64,000 bases of DNA. Source: an uncultured Oscillospiraceae bacterium. Its GTDB lineage: Bacteria > Bacillota > Clostridia > Oscillospirales > Oscillospiraceae. A model generated the notes under the pieces. It was not told the origin of the DNA, ran no database searches, and saw nothing but the letters and a program-made list of their open reading frames with translations. Position 1 is the stretch's first letter, and every line of letters begins with the position of its first letter. The stretch covers positions 5,179 through 69,178 of the forward strand of contig CANRLF010000002.1 of NCBI GenBank assembly GCA_947631395.1. Reading direction: 5' to 3'. Below, piece after piece: positions 8,501-16,248 of this stretch. The position numbers and the translations under genes were made by a program.

Positions 8501-8714
8501 CGCCTGCGGGCGGGGGGAGGTGTGAGACCGGTATATGAGGAAGCACTTAAATAACCGCACCCGCAAAGTCTGGTGAAAAGGGCGTAATCGGCGAAATCGC
8601 ATAGCAAGATTTACAATGTAAGGCCGCAACATACACTATTTACCTTGCGAGAAAAATGCTTATAATTAGGGGCGTTGTGAGGAACAACATAACTAATCTT
8701 TGGAGGCATTAACT

Positions 8715-8855
8715 ATGAAAAAGCATGATACTAACAAGAAAGGAAACGCCAGAAGGAACACCGTTAGCGTTGAGCGTGAGCTCACGGGCGGTATGAATTT
8801 CGTGGCCGTCATCGGCAGCGTTGAGCGGCTTCGGAATCCTGAGTTCTGGAGATAA
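8715..8855 (+). CDS. Stand-alone small ORF (46 aa, basic N-terminus), function unknown
   Basis: My own translation is MKKHDTNKKGNARRNTVSVERELTGGMNFVAVIGSVERLRNPEFWR. GGAGG at 8702-8706 lies 8 nt before the ATG. TATAAT at 8661-8666 is upstream and a strong terminator lies at 8918-8952. The ORF is not in the supplied track (too short). Confidence 0.3.
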   Translation: MKKHDTNKKGNARRNTVSVERELTGGMNFVAVIGSVERLRNPEFWR

Positions 8856-8917
8856 GTTCCGCCGGCCGGTGTGTTACGTTTGGTATCACGCCGAGACATA
8901 ATTGAATATTGGTACCT

Positions 8918-8952
8918 AAAACCGGTCCGCCGAGGTTGGCGGACCGGTTTTT
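8918..8952 (+). terminator. Strong rho-independent terminator closing the small-ORF transcription unit
   Basis: ACCGGTCCGCC (8921-8931) / GGCGGACCGGT (8938-8948), with an A-run before the stem and TTTTT after it. Confidence 0.8.
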
Positions 8953-8984
8953 GTCGCGGGTGGGATAAAAACATCGAAAAATGT

Positions 8985-9012
8985 TTGCTGTTTCGGTTAC
9001 ATGTGCTATAAT
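8985..9012 (+). promoter_or_regulatory. Sigma-A-type promoter for cls with an extended -10
   Basis: TTGCTG (8985-8990), 16-nt spacer, TGcTATAAT (9004-9012). Confidence 0.5.
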
Positions 9013-9070
9013 ATAGAAGTGACAGTGGCGGGCGCGCGATACGCGTTTATTCTTTTTTGGGGGTGGGGAT

Positions 9071-10636
9071 ATGTCGACTCAGGTGATCACCGACAACAAG
9101 CACAAGATAAAACGGGGATTTTTTACTATAGTTACCGGCCGGACATTTGTTGTGGTGTTTTTGCTCCTGCTGCAGATGGGGCTTCTGCTGTGGGGGATGG
9201 AGCGCCTGGGGGAATATATACATTTAGGGTCGGTGATCATCACGGCGCTGATGCTCATATATGTGGTGAACAGCCGGTCGGACCCCACGGTGAAGCTCAC
9301 ATGGTGCTTTGTCATAGCACTGGTGCCGGTGGTGGGGATACCCCTGTATTTCTATATAAAGCTTGACATCGGCCACAGGACGGTGCAGAAGGCCGTGGCC
9401 AAGGCACAGAAGGAGACGGAGGAGCTTTTCCCGGACTGCGCAGAGGTCGTAAAGAGGATAGAAAAGGCGGACCCGAAGGCGGGGCTCTTGGCAAAATACC
9501 TGGACAGGACAGCGGGATTTCCGGCCTACGCCGGGAGCCGCACAAGGTATTTCCCGGTGGGGGAGCTAAAATTCGAGGCGATGCTGGAGGCGTTGAGGTC
9601 GGCGAAGGAATTTATCTTCATGGAGTACTTCATCGTGAGCCCCGGGCGGATGTGGAACACCATACTTGGCATTCTCGCGGAGAAGGCGAAGGCCGGGGTG
9701 GAGGTGCGGTTCATGTACGACGGCACCTGCGCCTTCGGGAGTTTGCCATACTCATACCCCGAGGAGCTGGAGGCCATGGGCATAAGGTGCAAGATGTTCG
9801 CGCCAATGAGGCCGCTGGTGTCCACACACTACAACAACAGAGACCACAGGAAGATACTTGTGGTGGACGGAAGGGTGGCCTTTACAGGAGGGGTCAACTT
9901 AGCCGACGAGTATATAAACGAAAAGCTCAGGTTCGGGCACTGGAAGGACACGGCGGTGGAGATACGCGGACAGGCCGTCAGGAGCTTTACGCTGATGTTT
10001 TTGCAGATGTGGAACGCCTCGGAGAGGACGGGCGGGTGCTGTTACGACAGATACCTGCCGGCGCCTGAGGACATAGGGACGGAGGACGACGGGTTTATAA
10101 TACCCTACGGCGACAGCCCCATGGACATGGAGAGAGTGGGGGAGAGCGTATATCTCCACCTTATAGACACGTCAGAGAGATACGTCTATATCATGTCACC
10201 GTACCTGATACTTGACGGCGAGGCCACAAGGTCGCTGACCTTCGCGGCGAAGAGGGGAGTGGACGTGAGGATAATCCTCCCACATATCCCGGATAAGAAG
10301 TACGCATTCTGGCTGGCGAAGAGCCACTACGCAGAGCTACTTGAGGCGGGGGTGAGGATATACGAGTACACCCCGGGCTTTATCCACGCCAAGGTGGTGC
10401 TCAGCGACGACACCAGGGCCGTGGTGGGGACGGTGAACTTCGATTACAGGAGCTTCTACCACCACTTTGAGTGCGGCGCGGCGCTTATAGGTACAAGGTG
10501 CGTGGACGATATAAGGGAGGACTTCAGGGATACACTTGAAAAATCCCAGGAGGTCACCATGGAGGACGTGAAGCATGAAAAGCTGACGGTGAGATTTTTC
10601 GGGAAGCTTTTGAAGATAGTGGCGCCCCTTATGTGA
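9071..10636 (+). CDS. cls: Cardiolipin synthase (phospholipase D family)
   Basis: Two N-terminal TM helices and two HKD motifs (HRKILVVDGRVAFTGGVNLADEY and HAKVVLSDDTRAVVGTVNFDYRS). Confidence 0.9.
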   Translation: MSTQVITDNKHKIKRGFFTIVTGRTFVVVFLLLLQMGLLLWGMERLGEYIHLGSVIITALMLIYVVNSRSDPTVKLTWCFVIALVPVVGIPLYFYIKLDIGHRTVQKAVAKAQKETEELFPDCAEVVKRIEKADPKAGLLAKYLDRTAGFPAYAGSRTRYFPVGELKFEAMLEALRSAKEFIFMEYFIVSPGRMWNTILGILAEKAKAGVEVRFMYDGTCAFGSLPYSYPEELEAMGIRCKMFAPMRPLVSTHYNNRDHRKILVVDGRVAFTGGVNLADEYINEKLRFGHWKDTAVEIRGQAVRSFTLMFLQMWNASERTGGCCYDRYLPAPEDIGTEDDGFIIPYGDSPMDMERVGESVYLHLIDTSERYVYIMSPYLILDGEATRSLTFAAKRGVDVRIILPHIPDKKYAFWLAKSHYAELLEAGVRIYEYTPGFIHAKVVLSDDTRAVVGTVNFDYRSFYHHFECGAALIGTRCVDDIREDFRDTLEKSQEVTMEDVKHEKLTVRFFGKLLKIVAPLM

Positions 10637-10662
10637 CGGACGCCGGTCCGGAGGTGGATAAA

Positions 10663-11754
10663 ATGGTAAAAATATTACACGCGGCGGATCTGCACATGGA
10701 CTCGCCATTCGCCGCCTTGCCGGAGGAGAAGGCAAAGCTCCGGCGGCGGGAGCAGAGGCAGCTGCTTGACAAGATAGCCGAGCTTTCAAAGGACGCGGAC
10801 ATCGTACTGCTGGCGGGGGATCTTTTTGACTCCTCGGCAAGCTACTGGGAGACTACCGAGGCCCTTTCGTCGATGCTCACGGAGATAAAGGCGGAGGTCT
10901 TTATCGCCCCGGGGAACCACGATTACTGCGCCTCCCGGTCGCCCTACGCGTTCATGGAGCTGCCGGAGAACGTACATATATTCAAAACGCCACAGCTGAG
11001 GGCCGTGGAGCTGCCGAAGCTCGGGGTACGGGTGTGGGGAGCGGGGTTCACCTCCGGCTCCTGCGAGGGGCTTTTGAAAAATTTCACGGTCCCGAAGAGC
11101 GACTACATAGAGCTCATGGTGCTCCACGGGGATCTGGCTCCGGAGTCAAGATACGATCCGGTGACCGAGGCGGACATCGCGGGCTCCGGCCTTGACTATC
11201 TGGCGCTGGGACACACGCATACATACTCCGGCATCAAAAAGGCCGGGGGGACTTTCTACGCGTACCCCGGGTGCCCGGAGGGCAGGGGCTTTGACGAGAC
11301 GGGCCCGAAGGGCGTTATAACGGGCACGGTGTCCAAGGGCAAGGTGGACCTTGAGTTCACGGAGCTGCCGGGACGGAGGTACAGGATCGTTGAGGCGGAC
11401 CTGATGGGGGAGACGGACCTCTCGACCGCCGTGAAGAAGGCGGTGGGCCAGGGCTTCCCGGATGACGTGGTGAGGCTGGTGCTGAAGGGCCAGTACTCGG
11501 GAGATGTGGATACGGAGGCGCTGAGACAGAGCCTGGAGGACAGGTTCTTCCACCTGACGGTGAAAAAAGAGCTGAAAAAGACGAGGGGCCTCTGGGACGG
11601 CGCGGGCGACGACACGCTGACGGGGCTGTTCCTTTCGAAGCTGAGGGAGAAATACAACGAGGCCGGTGAGGACGCGGAGAGCCGGGAGCTCATAGAGCTG
11701 GCGGCAAGGTACGGTCTGGCGGCCCTGGAGAGCAGAGAGGAGTGGAGACCGTGA
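10663..11754 (+). CDS. Calcineurin-like metallophosphoesterase, SbcD/Mre11-type DNA repair exonuclease (YhaO/SbcF-like)
   Basis: MVKILHAADLHMDSPF, LLAGDLFD, GNHD, VLHGD and GHTH motifs. GGAGG lies 8 nt upstream of the ATG at 10663. Confidence 0.8.
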   Translation: MVKILHAADLHMDSPFAALPEEKAKLRRREQRQLLDKIAELSKDADIVLLAGDLFDSSASYWETTEALSSMLTEIKAEVFIAPGNHDYCASRSPYAFMELPENVHIFKTPQLRAVELPKLGVRVWGAGFTSGSCEGLLKNFTVPKSDYIELMVLHGDLAPESRYDPVTEADIAGSGLDYLALGHTHTYSGIKKAGGTFYAYPGCPEGRGFDETGPKGVITGTVSKGKVDLEFTELPGRRYRIVEADLMGETDLSTAVKKAVGQGFPDDVVRLVLKGQYSGDVDTEALRQSLEDRFFHLTVKKELKKTRGLWDGAGDDTLTGLFLSKLREKYNEAGEDAESRELIELAARYGLAALESREEWRP

Positions 11755-14036
11755 GGATAAAGAAGATGACGGCCACCTTCGGGAAGCTCAAAAATTCCAC
11801 GCTGGAGCTGGACGGGGGGCTGAATATAATCACCGCCCCCAACGAGTCGGGCAAGACCACGTGGTGCGCCTTTTTGAACGCCATGCTTTACGGTATAGAC
11901 ACCGCCGAGCGGGACAAGGCGGGACATTTGTCGGTGAAGTCCAAATACCGCCCCTGGGACGGCGGCGGGATGGTGGGGACGCTGGAGCTTGAGAGCGCCG
12001 GCCGGGACCTGACCGTCCAGCGCACGACGAAGGGCGCAAGCCCCATGAAGAATTTTATCGCCGTGCGTACCGGCACGGCGGATTTCCAGAGGGACATGGA
12101 CTCCGAGAACGCCGGGGAGAAGCTGACGCACGTGCCGAGGAGCGTCTTTGAGCGCACGGCCTTCATAAGCCGGCCTGACATACGGGTGAACCAGACCTCG
12201 GAGCTGGAGCGGAAGATAGCGGGCATCGTCTCATCGGGGGACGAGAACACGTCATATACGGAGTCAGCCGGCCTTCTTGGCAAATGGCAGAGGAAGCTGA
12301 GATACAATAAGATGGGCTCACTCCCCGCCGCTGAGGCGGAGCTCAGGGAGGCGCGGCACGACATGGAGCTCATCGAGTCCTCGGCCGAGGATATAGCGGG
12401 ACTCAGGAACCGCATGGCCCGGGAGGCCAAGCAGATTGAGCTGATGGAGGAGGACCTGAAGATCCACGAAAAGCTGGACGCCCGCGCCCAGGCAAAGCGC
12501 GTGGAGGAGGCCCGGAAAAGCGCCGAGGCCGCAGAGGCCAGGGTGGAGGAGCTGACCGCCGCCATCACGAAGAACGGCCATGAGATGACGCGTGAGGACA
12601 TTAACGCCATCCGGGAGTCCGCCGCCGCCGTCATGCCGCTGAAAAGGGTGGCCCAGGAGGCCGAGCGGACACTGTGGCGGGCGGAGAAGGAGCTGGTGGA
12701 CGCCACCTCACGCCGGGAGGCAAGCCCGCTGTCCGGTAAAAACGACAGCGACGTGGAGGCCGATATAGCCAAGGGCCGGGAGCTGGAGGGCCGCGCCAAG
12801 GACGTAAAGCCCCCCAGGGTCCCGCTGGTCGTGCCGATAATCATCTGCGTTCTGGCCGCGGTGGGGCTGGTGCTGTCCATGGGCATACTGGCGCCGATGT
12901 TCGGCGGCTCCGCGGCGCCGGAGATATTCAAGCTGAGCGGCGCGAGGATACTTATCGCCTTGCTGATGGGCGCGCTGGGGCTGGTGCTGTTCTTCATAAA
13001 GCTGCCCCAGAAGAGGACGGCGGCGGACGAGCTCAGGGAGCTGCTTGAGGGCTACGGCGTGGCCAGCGTGGATAAGCTGGCGTCACTGAAGGCCGGATAT
13101 GTTATGCTGCTCAGGGATGAGGAGCAGAAACGGTCGGCCAGGGACGCCGCCAGGGAGGCCTACGAGTCCGCCGGGAACGCCGCACAGGAGGCCGGAAGGC
13201 AGGCGGTGGAGAAGATCGCCGCCTTTATGCCGGAGGTGACAAGCGGCGAGGCGGTGATAGAGGCCCTTCAGGAGACGGAACGGCACATCGAGGAGCTGAC
13301 GAAGGCACAATTTGACGCCACCGCGGCCCGGAACGTGTATGAGACGCTTTTGGCGGACTTTGATCCCACAACGCCCGTGGACGACAGCTATCTGCCCATG
13401 CCCCTGAGGAGCCGGGAGGATACGGTTACGGCCCTGGAACGGGCGAGAGCGCAACTCACGGAGGCCACCAGGGCCTTCGACCTGGCCACCGGTGCCCAGA
13501 GGACGCTGGGTGACCCGGCGGTCATCGAGGGGCGGATAGAGGAGCTGAAGGAGCGTATAGCCGGGGACCAGAAGCGGTACAGCGCCCTCACCCTGGCTAT
13601 GGACACCCTGTCGGAGGCCAACAGCGAGCTCCAGACGAGATTTTCACCGGAGGTCAGCCGCCTGGCCGGGGAGTACATGAGCCGCCTGACCGACGGCAAA
13701 TACGAGAGGCTTTATTTCGACAAGGGATTCGACGCCTCAGCCAAGGAGGCGGTGAGACCTGAGACGAGGAACGTCCTGAGCCTGTCCGACGGCACGGGGG
13801 ATGAGATATATCTGTCCCTGCGCCTTGCCATGTGCGAGCTTATTTTGGGCGGCGAGGACCCGTGCCCCATCGTCCTTGACGACGCGTTGGCGAATTTTGA
13901 CGACGCGAGGTGCCAAAGGGCCCTGGAGCTTTTGCGGGAGCTTGCCGAAAAGAGACAGATAATCCTGTTTTCCTGCCACTCGAGAGAGGCGAGGATGATG
14001 CGGGGAGAGAAGGGTGTAAAGGTAATCGAGATGTAA
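11751..14036 (+). CDS. SMC/Rad50-like AAA ATPase (YhaN/SbcE-like) with a two-helix TM insertion in the coiled coil
   Basis: N-terminal Walker A NIITAPNESGKTT, long coiled coils, C-terminal signature/Walker B region (LSDGTGDEIYLSLRLA..PIVLDDALANFD). The GTG at 11751 overlaps the upstream stop (GTGA). In-frame alternatives are GTG 11742 and ATG 11766. Confidence 0.75.
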   Translation: MRIKKMTATFGKLKNSTLELDGGLNIITAPNESGKTTWCAFLNAMLYGIDTAERDKAGHLSVKSKYRPWDGGGMVGTLELESAGRDLTVQRTTKGASPMKNFIAVRTGTADFQRDMDSENAGEKLTHVPRSVFERTAFISRPDIRVNQTSELERKIAGIVSSGDENTSYTESAGLLGKWQRKLRYNKMGSLPAAEAELREARHDMELIESSAEDIAGLRNRMAREAKQIELMEEDLKIHEKLDARAQAKRVEEARKSAEAAEARVEELTAAITKNGHEMTREDINAIRESAAAVMPLKRVAQEAERTLWRAEKELVDATSRREASPLSGKNDSDVEADIAKGRELEGRAKDVKPPRVPLVVPIIICVLAAVGLVLSMGILAPMFGGSAAPEIFKLSGARILIALLMGALGLVLFFIKLPQKRTAADELRELLEGYGVASVDKLASLKAGYVMLLRDEEQKRSARDAAREAYESAGNAAQEAGRQAVEKIAAFMPEVTSGEAVIEALQETERHIEELTKAQFDATAARNVYETLLADFDPTTPVDDSYLPMPLRSREDTVTALERARAQLTEATRAFDLATGAQRTLGDPAVIEGRIEELKERIAGDQKRYSALTLAMDTLSEANSELQTRFSPEVSRLAGEYMSRLTDGKYERLYFDKGFDASAKEAVRPETRNVLSLSDGTGDEIYLSLRLAMCELILGGEDPCPIVLDDALANFDDARCQRALELLRELAEKRQIILFSCHSREARMMRGEKGVKVIEM

Positions 14037-14086
14037 AGCTTTCGGGCAAAGGCTATTGGGCCTTTGCCCGAAAAGGGAAACGTGCG

Positions 14087-14124
14087 GACCCGGGATTTGA
14101 AGTTGGAATTTCAAATCCCGGGTC
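14087..14124 (+). terminator. Rho-independent terminator after the YhaN-like gene
   Basis: GACCCGGGATTTGA (14087-14100) / TCAAATCCCGGGTC (14111-14124), followed by a T-rich tract. A second hairpin lies at 14043-14070. Confidence 0.7.
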
Positions 14125-14150
14125 ATTTATGATTTATTTAAAATTTTCTC

Positions 14151-14203
14151 TTGACAAACGGGGAAAAGTGTATTATTGTATTAAGCGGTTAATACAATAA
14201 TAC
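14151..14203 (+). promoter_or_regulatory. Promoter plus perfect palindromic operator upstream of the YtrA-type GntR regulator operon
   Basis: TTGACA at 14151-14156. Perfect 15-4-15 inverted repeat GTATTATTGTATTAA-GCGG-TTAATACAATAATAC (14170-14203) covers the -10 region (TATTAT/TATTGT). Confidence 0.65.
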
Positions 14204-14223
14204 AAAAACAAAGGGGGCGCGAG

Positions 14224-14595
14224 ATGGAGTGGAGGTTTGACTCGGGCGCGGCGATATACGCGCAGATGGTGGCGAGGATAAAGGAGGCCATCGCATCGGG
14301 GGCGCTGGCGCCGGGGGCGCGATTGCCGGCTGTGCGGGAGCTGGCGCTGGAGGCCGGGGTGAACCCGAACACGGCGCAAAGGGCCCTGGCGGAGCTGGAG
14401 AGAGAGGGGCTTATTTACGCGGTGCGGACCTCGGGAAGGTTCGTCACCGAGGACGAGGGGGCCATTGAGACTGTCCGGCGGGAGCTGGCGGATGCCCGCG
14501 CCGAGGGCTTTATCACGGCTATGGCGGCTCTGGGCTATACCGGGGATGGGCTTGAGGCGTTTTTAAAGGACTACATCAGGAAAAAGGAGGAGTGA
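14224..14595 (+). CDS. GntR-family transcriptional regulator, YtrA subfamily (short effector domain)
   Basis: Winged HTH LPAVRELALEAGVNPNTAQRALAELEREGLIY. The 123-aa length is typical of the YtrA subfamily, and the gene precedes an ABC ATPase. Confidence 0.85.
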   Translation: MEWRFDSGAAIYAQMVARIKEAIASGALAPGARLPAVRELALEAGVNPNTAQRALAELEREGLIYAVRTSGRFVTEDEGAIETVRRELADARAEGFITAMAALGYTGDGLEAFLKDYIRKKEE

Positions 14596-14597
14596 AT

Positions 14598-15293
14598 ATG
14601 GCCGTACTTACATGCAGGGGCCTTACGAAAAAATTCGGCTCCACGGTGGCCCTGGACGGGGTGGATATTACCGTGGAGCCCGGGAGAGTCGTGGGACTGT
14701 TGGGCCCAAACGGCTCGGGAAAGACCACGCTTATAAAGCTCGCCAACGGGCTTTTGACGCCCGGGGCGGGGGAGATACTCATTGACGGCAAAAAGCCGGG
14801 GGTAGAGACGAAGAGGATGGTATCCTATCTCCCTGAGCGGGCGTGTCTGCCGGACTGGATGACGGCGGAGGGGCTCATGGGGTTTTACAGTGACTTTTAC
14901 GCCGACTTCGACCGGGACGCGGCGGCGGGGATCTTAAGCCGCCTTTCCATTGAGGGGAAGCAGAAGATAAAGCACATGTCCAAGGGCACCAGGGAGAAGG
15001 TACAGCTAATAATGGTGATGAGCCGCAGGGCGAAGCTGTACCTCCTTGACGAGCCCATCGGCGGGGTGGACCCGGCGGCCAGGGACCTTATTCTGGACAC
15101 CATAATCTCAAACTACAATCCCGAGGCGTCGGTGGTCATATCCACACACCTTATCGCCGACGTGGAGAAGGTGCTGGACGACGTCATATTCATAAGCCAC
15201 GGGAAGATAATGCTGGCCGCTCCGGCGGATGATGTCCGGGAGCAGAGGGGCAAGAGCGTGGACGAGGTGTTCAGGGAGGTGTTCAGATGTTAG
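14598..15293 (+). CDS. ABC transporter ATP-binding protein (ABC-2/YtrB-like)
   Basis: Walker A GPNGSGKTT, signature-like MSKGTREKV, Walker B LYLLDEPIGGVD. AAGGAGG lies 7 nt before the ATG at 14598. Confidence 0.9.
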   Translation: MAVLTCRGLTKKFGSTVALDGVDITVEPGRVVGLLGPNGSGKTTLIKLANGLLTPGAGEILIDGKKPGVETKRMVSYLPERACLPDWMTAEGLMGFYSDFYADFDRDAAAGILSRLSIEGKQKIKHMSKGTREKVQLIMVMSRRAKLYLLDEPIGGVDPAARDLILDTIISNYNPEASVVISTHLIADVEKVLDDVIFISHGKIMLAAPADDVREQRGKSVDEVFREVFRC

Positions 15294-16078
15294 GGAAGCT
15301 TTTAAAGCACGAGCTGAGGGCCACGGCGCACACCATGCTGCCCATATTCGGCGTGATGCTCCTGGTGTCGGCCATGGCGAACGTCTGCGCCAGGCTAACG
15401 AACAGCCCGGGGGACACGCCGGTGGTGCTGATGATCATATTCACGCTGGTGGTCATACTGTTCGGCGCGGGGCTTTTCGCCATCGGGCTCGTCACCGTGT
15501 TCATAATGGTGCGCAGGTTCCGGGATAATCTCCTGCGGGACGAGGGGTACATCATGCACACCCTGCCGGTGTCAGTACACGCCCAGATATGGAGCAAGGT
15601 GCTGGTGTCGTCGCTGTGGTACGCGGCATCCAGCGTGACGATGGTGCTGTCTATATTATTGGTCTCATGGGACGTGGACACCATAATGGAGATCGGGAAC
15701 GTAGCGGGGGAGATCATCAGGGCCATGACGAGAGAGGATCACGTGGCGGAGATGATCGCGGAGGTGCTGGCGCTTCTGGTGCTGGCGTCGCTGGTGACGA
15801 GCCTCAGCTTTGACGCGGCGCTGAGCATCGGACACTCCTTTGCCAAGAACAAGATGGCCCTGTCGGTGCTGACCTTCGTGGGGCTTTTGGTACTGGGGGA
15901 GATATTCACCTACTACACACTGGGCAAGGGGATCGATTACGCGGCCCTGAGGACTGTGGACTTCATAGAGGGCTGGCGCGTCACCTGCGCCGCGGGCGCG
16001 GGGATCTTGCTCGCCATGGGCGGCGCATGTTACGCCATAACGGCGTTCTTCCTGAAAAGGAAGCTCAATCTTGAATAA
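15287..16078 (+). CDS. Polytopic membrane protein, presumed permease partner of the YtrA-type ABC module
   Basis: Six or so hydrophobic segments. The start overlaps the ATPase stop, indicating translational coupling. Confidence 0.6.
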   Translation: MLGKLLKHELRATAHTMLPIFGVMLLVSAMANVCARLTNSPGDTPVVLMIIFTLVVILFGAGLFAIGLVTVFIMVRRFRDNLLRDEGYIMHTLPVSVHAQIWSKVLVSSLWYAASSVTMVLSILLVSWDVDTIMEIGNVAGEIIRAMTREDHVAEMIAEVLALLVLASLVTSLSFDAALSIGHSFAKNKMALSVLTFVGLLVLGEIFTYYTLGKGIDYAALRTVDFIEGWRVTCAAGAGILLAMGGACYAITAFFLKRKLNLE

Positions 16079-16082
16079 AATC

Positions 16083-16109
16083 AAATCCCCGGAGCGATCC
16101 GGGGATTTT
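16083..16109 (+). terminator. Rho-independent terminator
   Basis: AAATCCCCGGA (16083-16093) / TCCGGGGATTT (16098-16108) plus T. Confidence 0.75.
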
Positions 16110-16180
16110 GATATATCCGGAGGAGATTTTTTGCTTCCGCGGGAGATGGAAAGCTATCAAAACGGGGCTTTTTTCGGTGC

Positions 16181-16209
16181 TTGAAAAGGGGGAGGATATA
16201 TGATATTAT
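16181..16209 (+). promoter_or_regulatory. Candidate sigma-A promoter for mutS2
   Basis: TTGAAA (16181-16186), 17-nt spacer, TATTAT (16204-16209). Confidence 0.45.
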
Positions 16210-16248
16210 GGATCTGGTTAAGATAAATCTGGCTCTGGGGGTGAAGAT

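Noticed and set aside
8693-8974. 93-aa minus-strand ORF overlapping the small plus-strand ORF and its terminator
   Set aside because: It includes the terminator hairpin within its coding sequence and has no RBS. The plus-strand unit has the complete promoter/RBS/terminator grammar.
11256-12997. 291-aa and 369-aa minus-strand ORFs antisense to the YhaO/YhaN-like genes
   Set aside because: They give S/A/P-rich low-complexity translations opposite well-supported genes.
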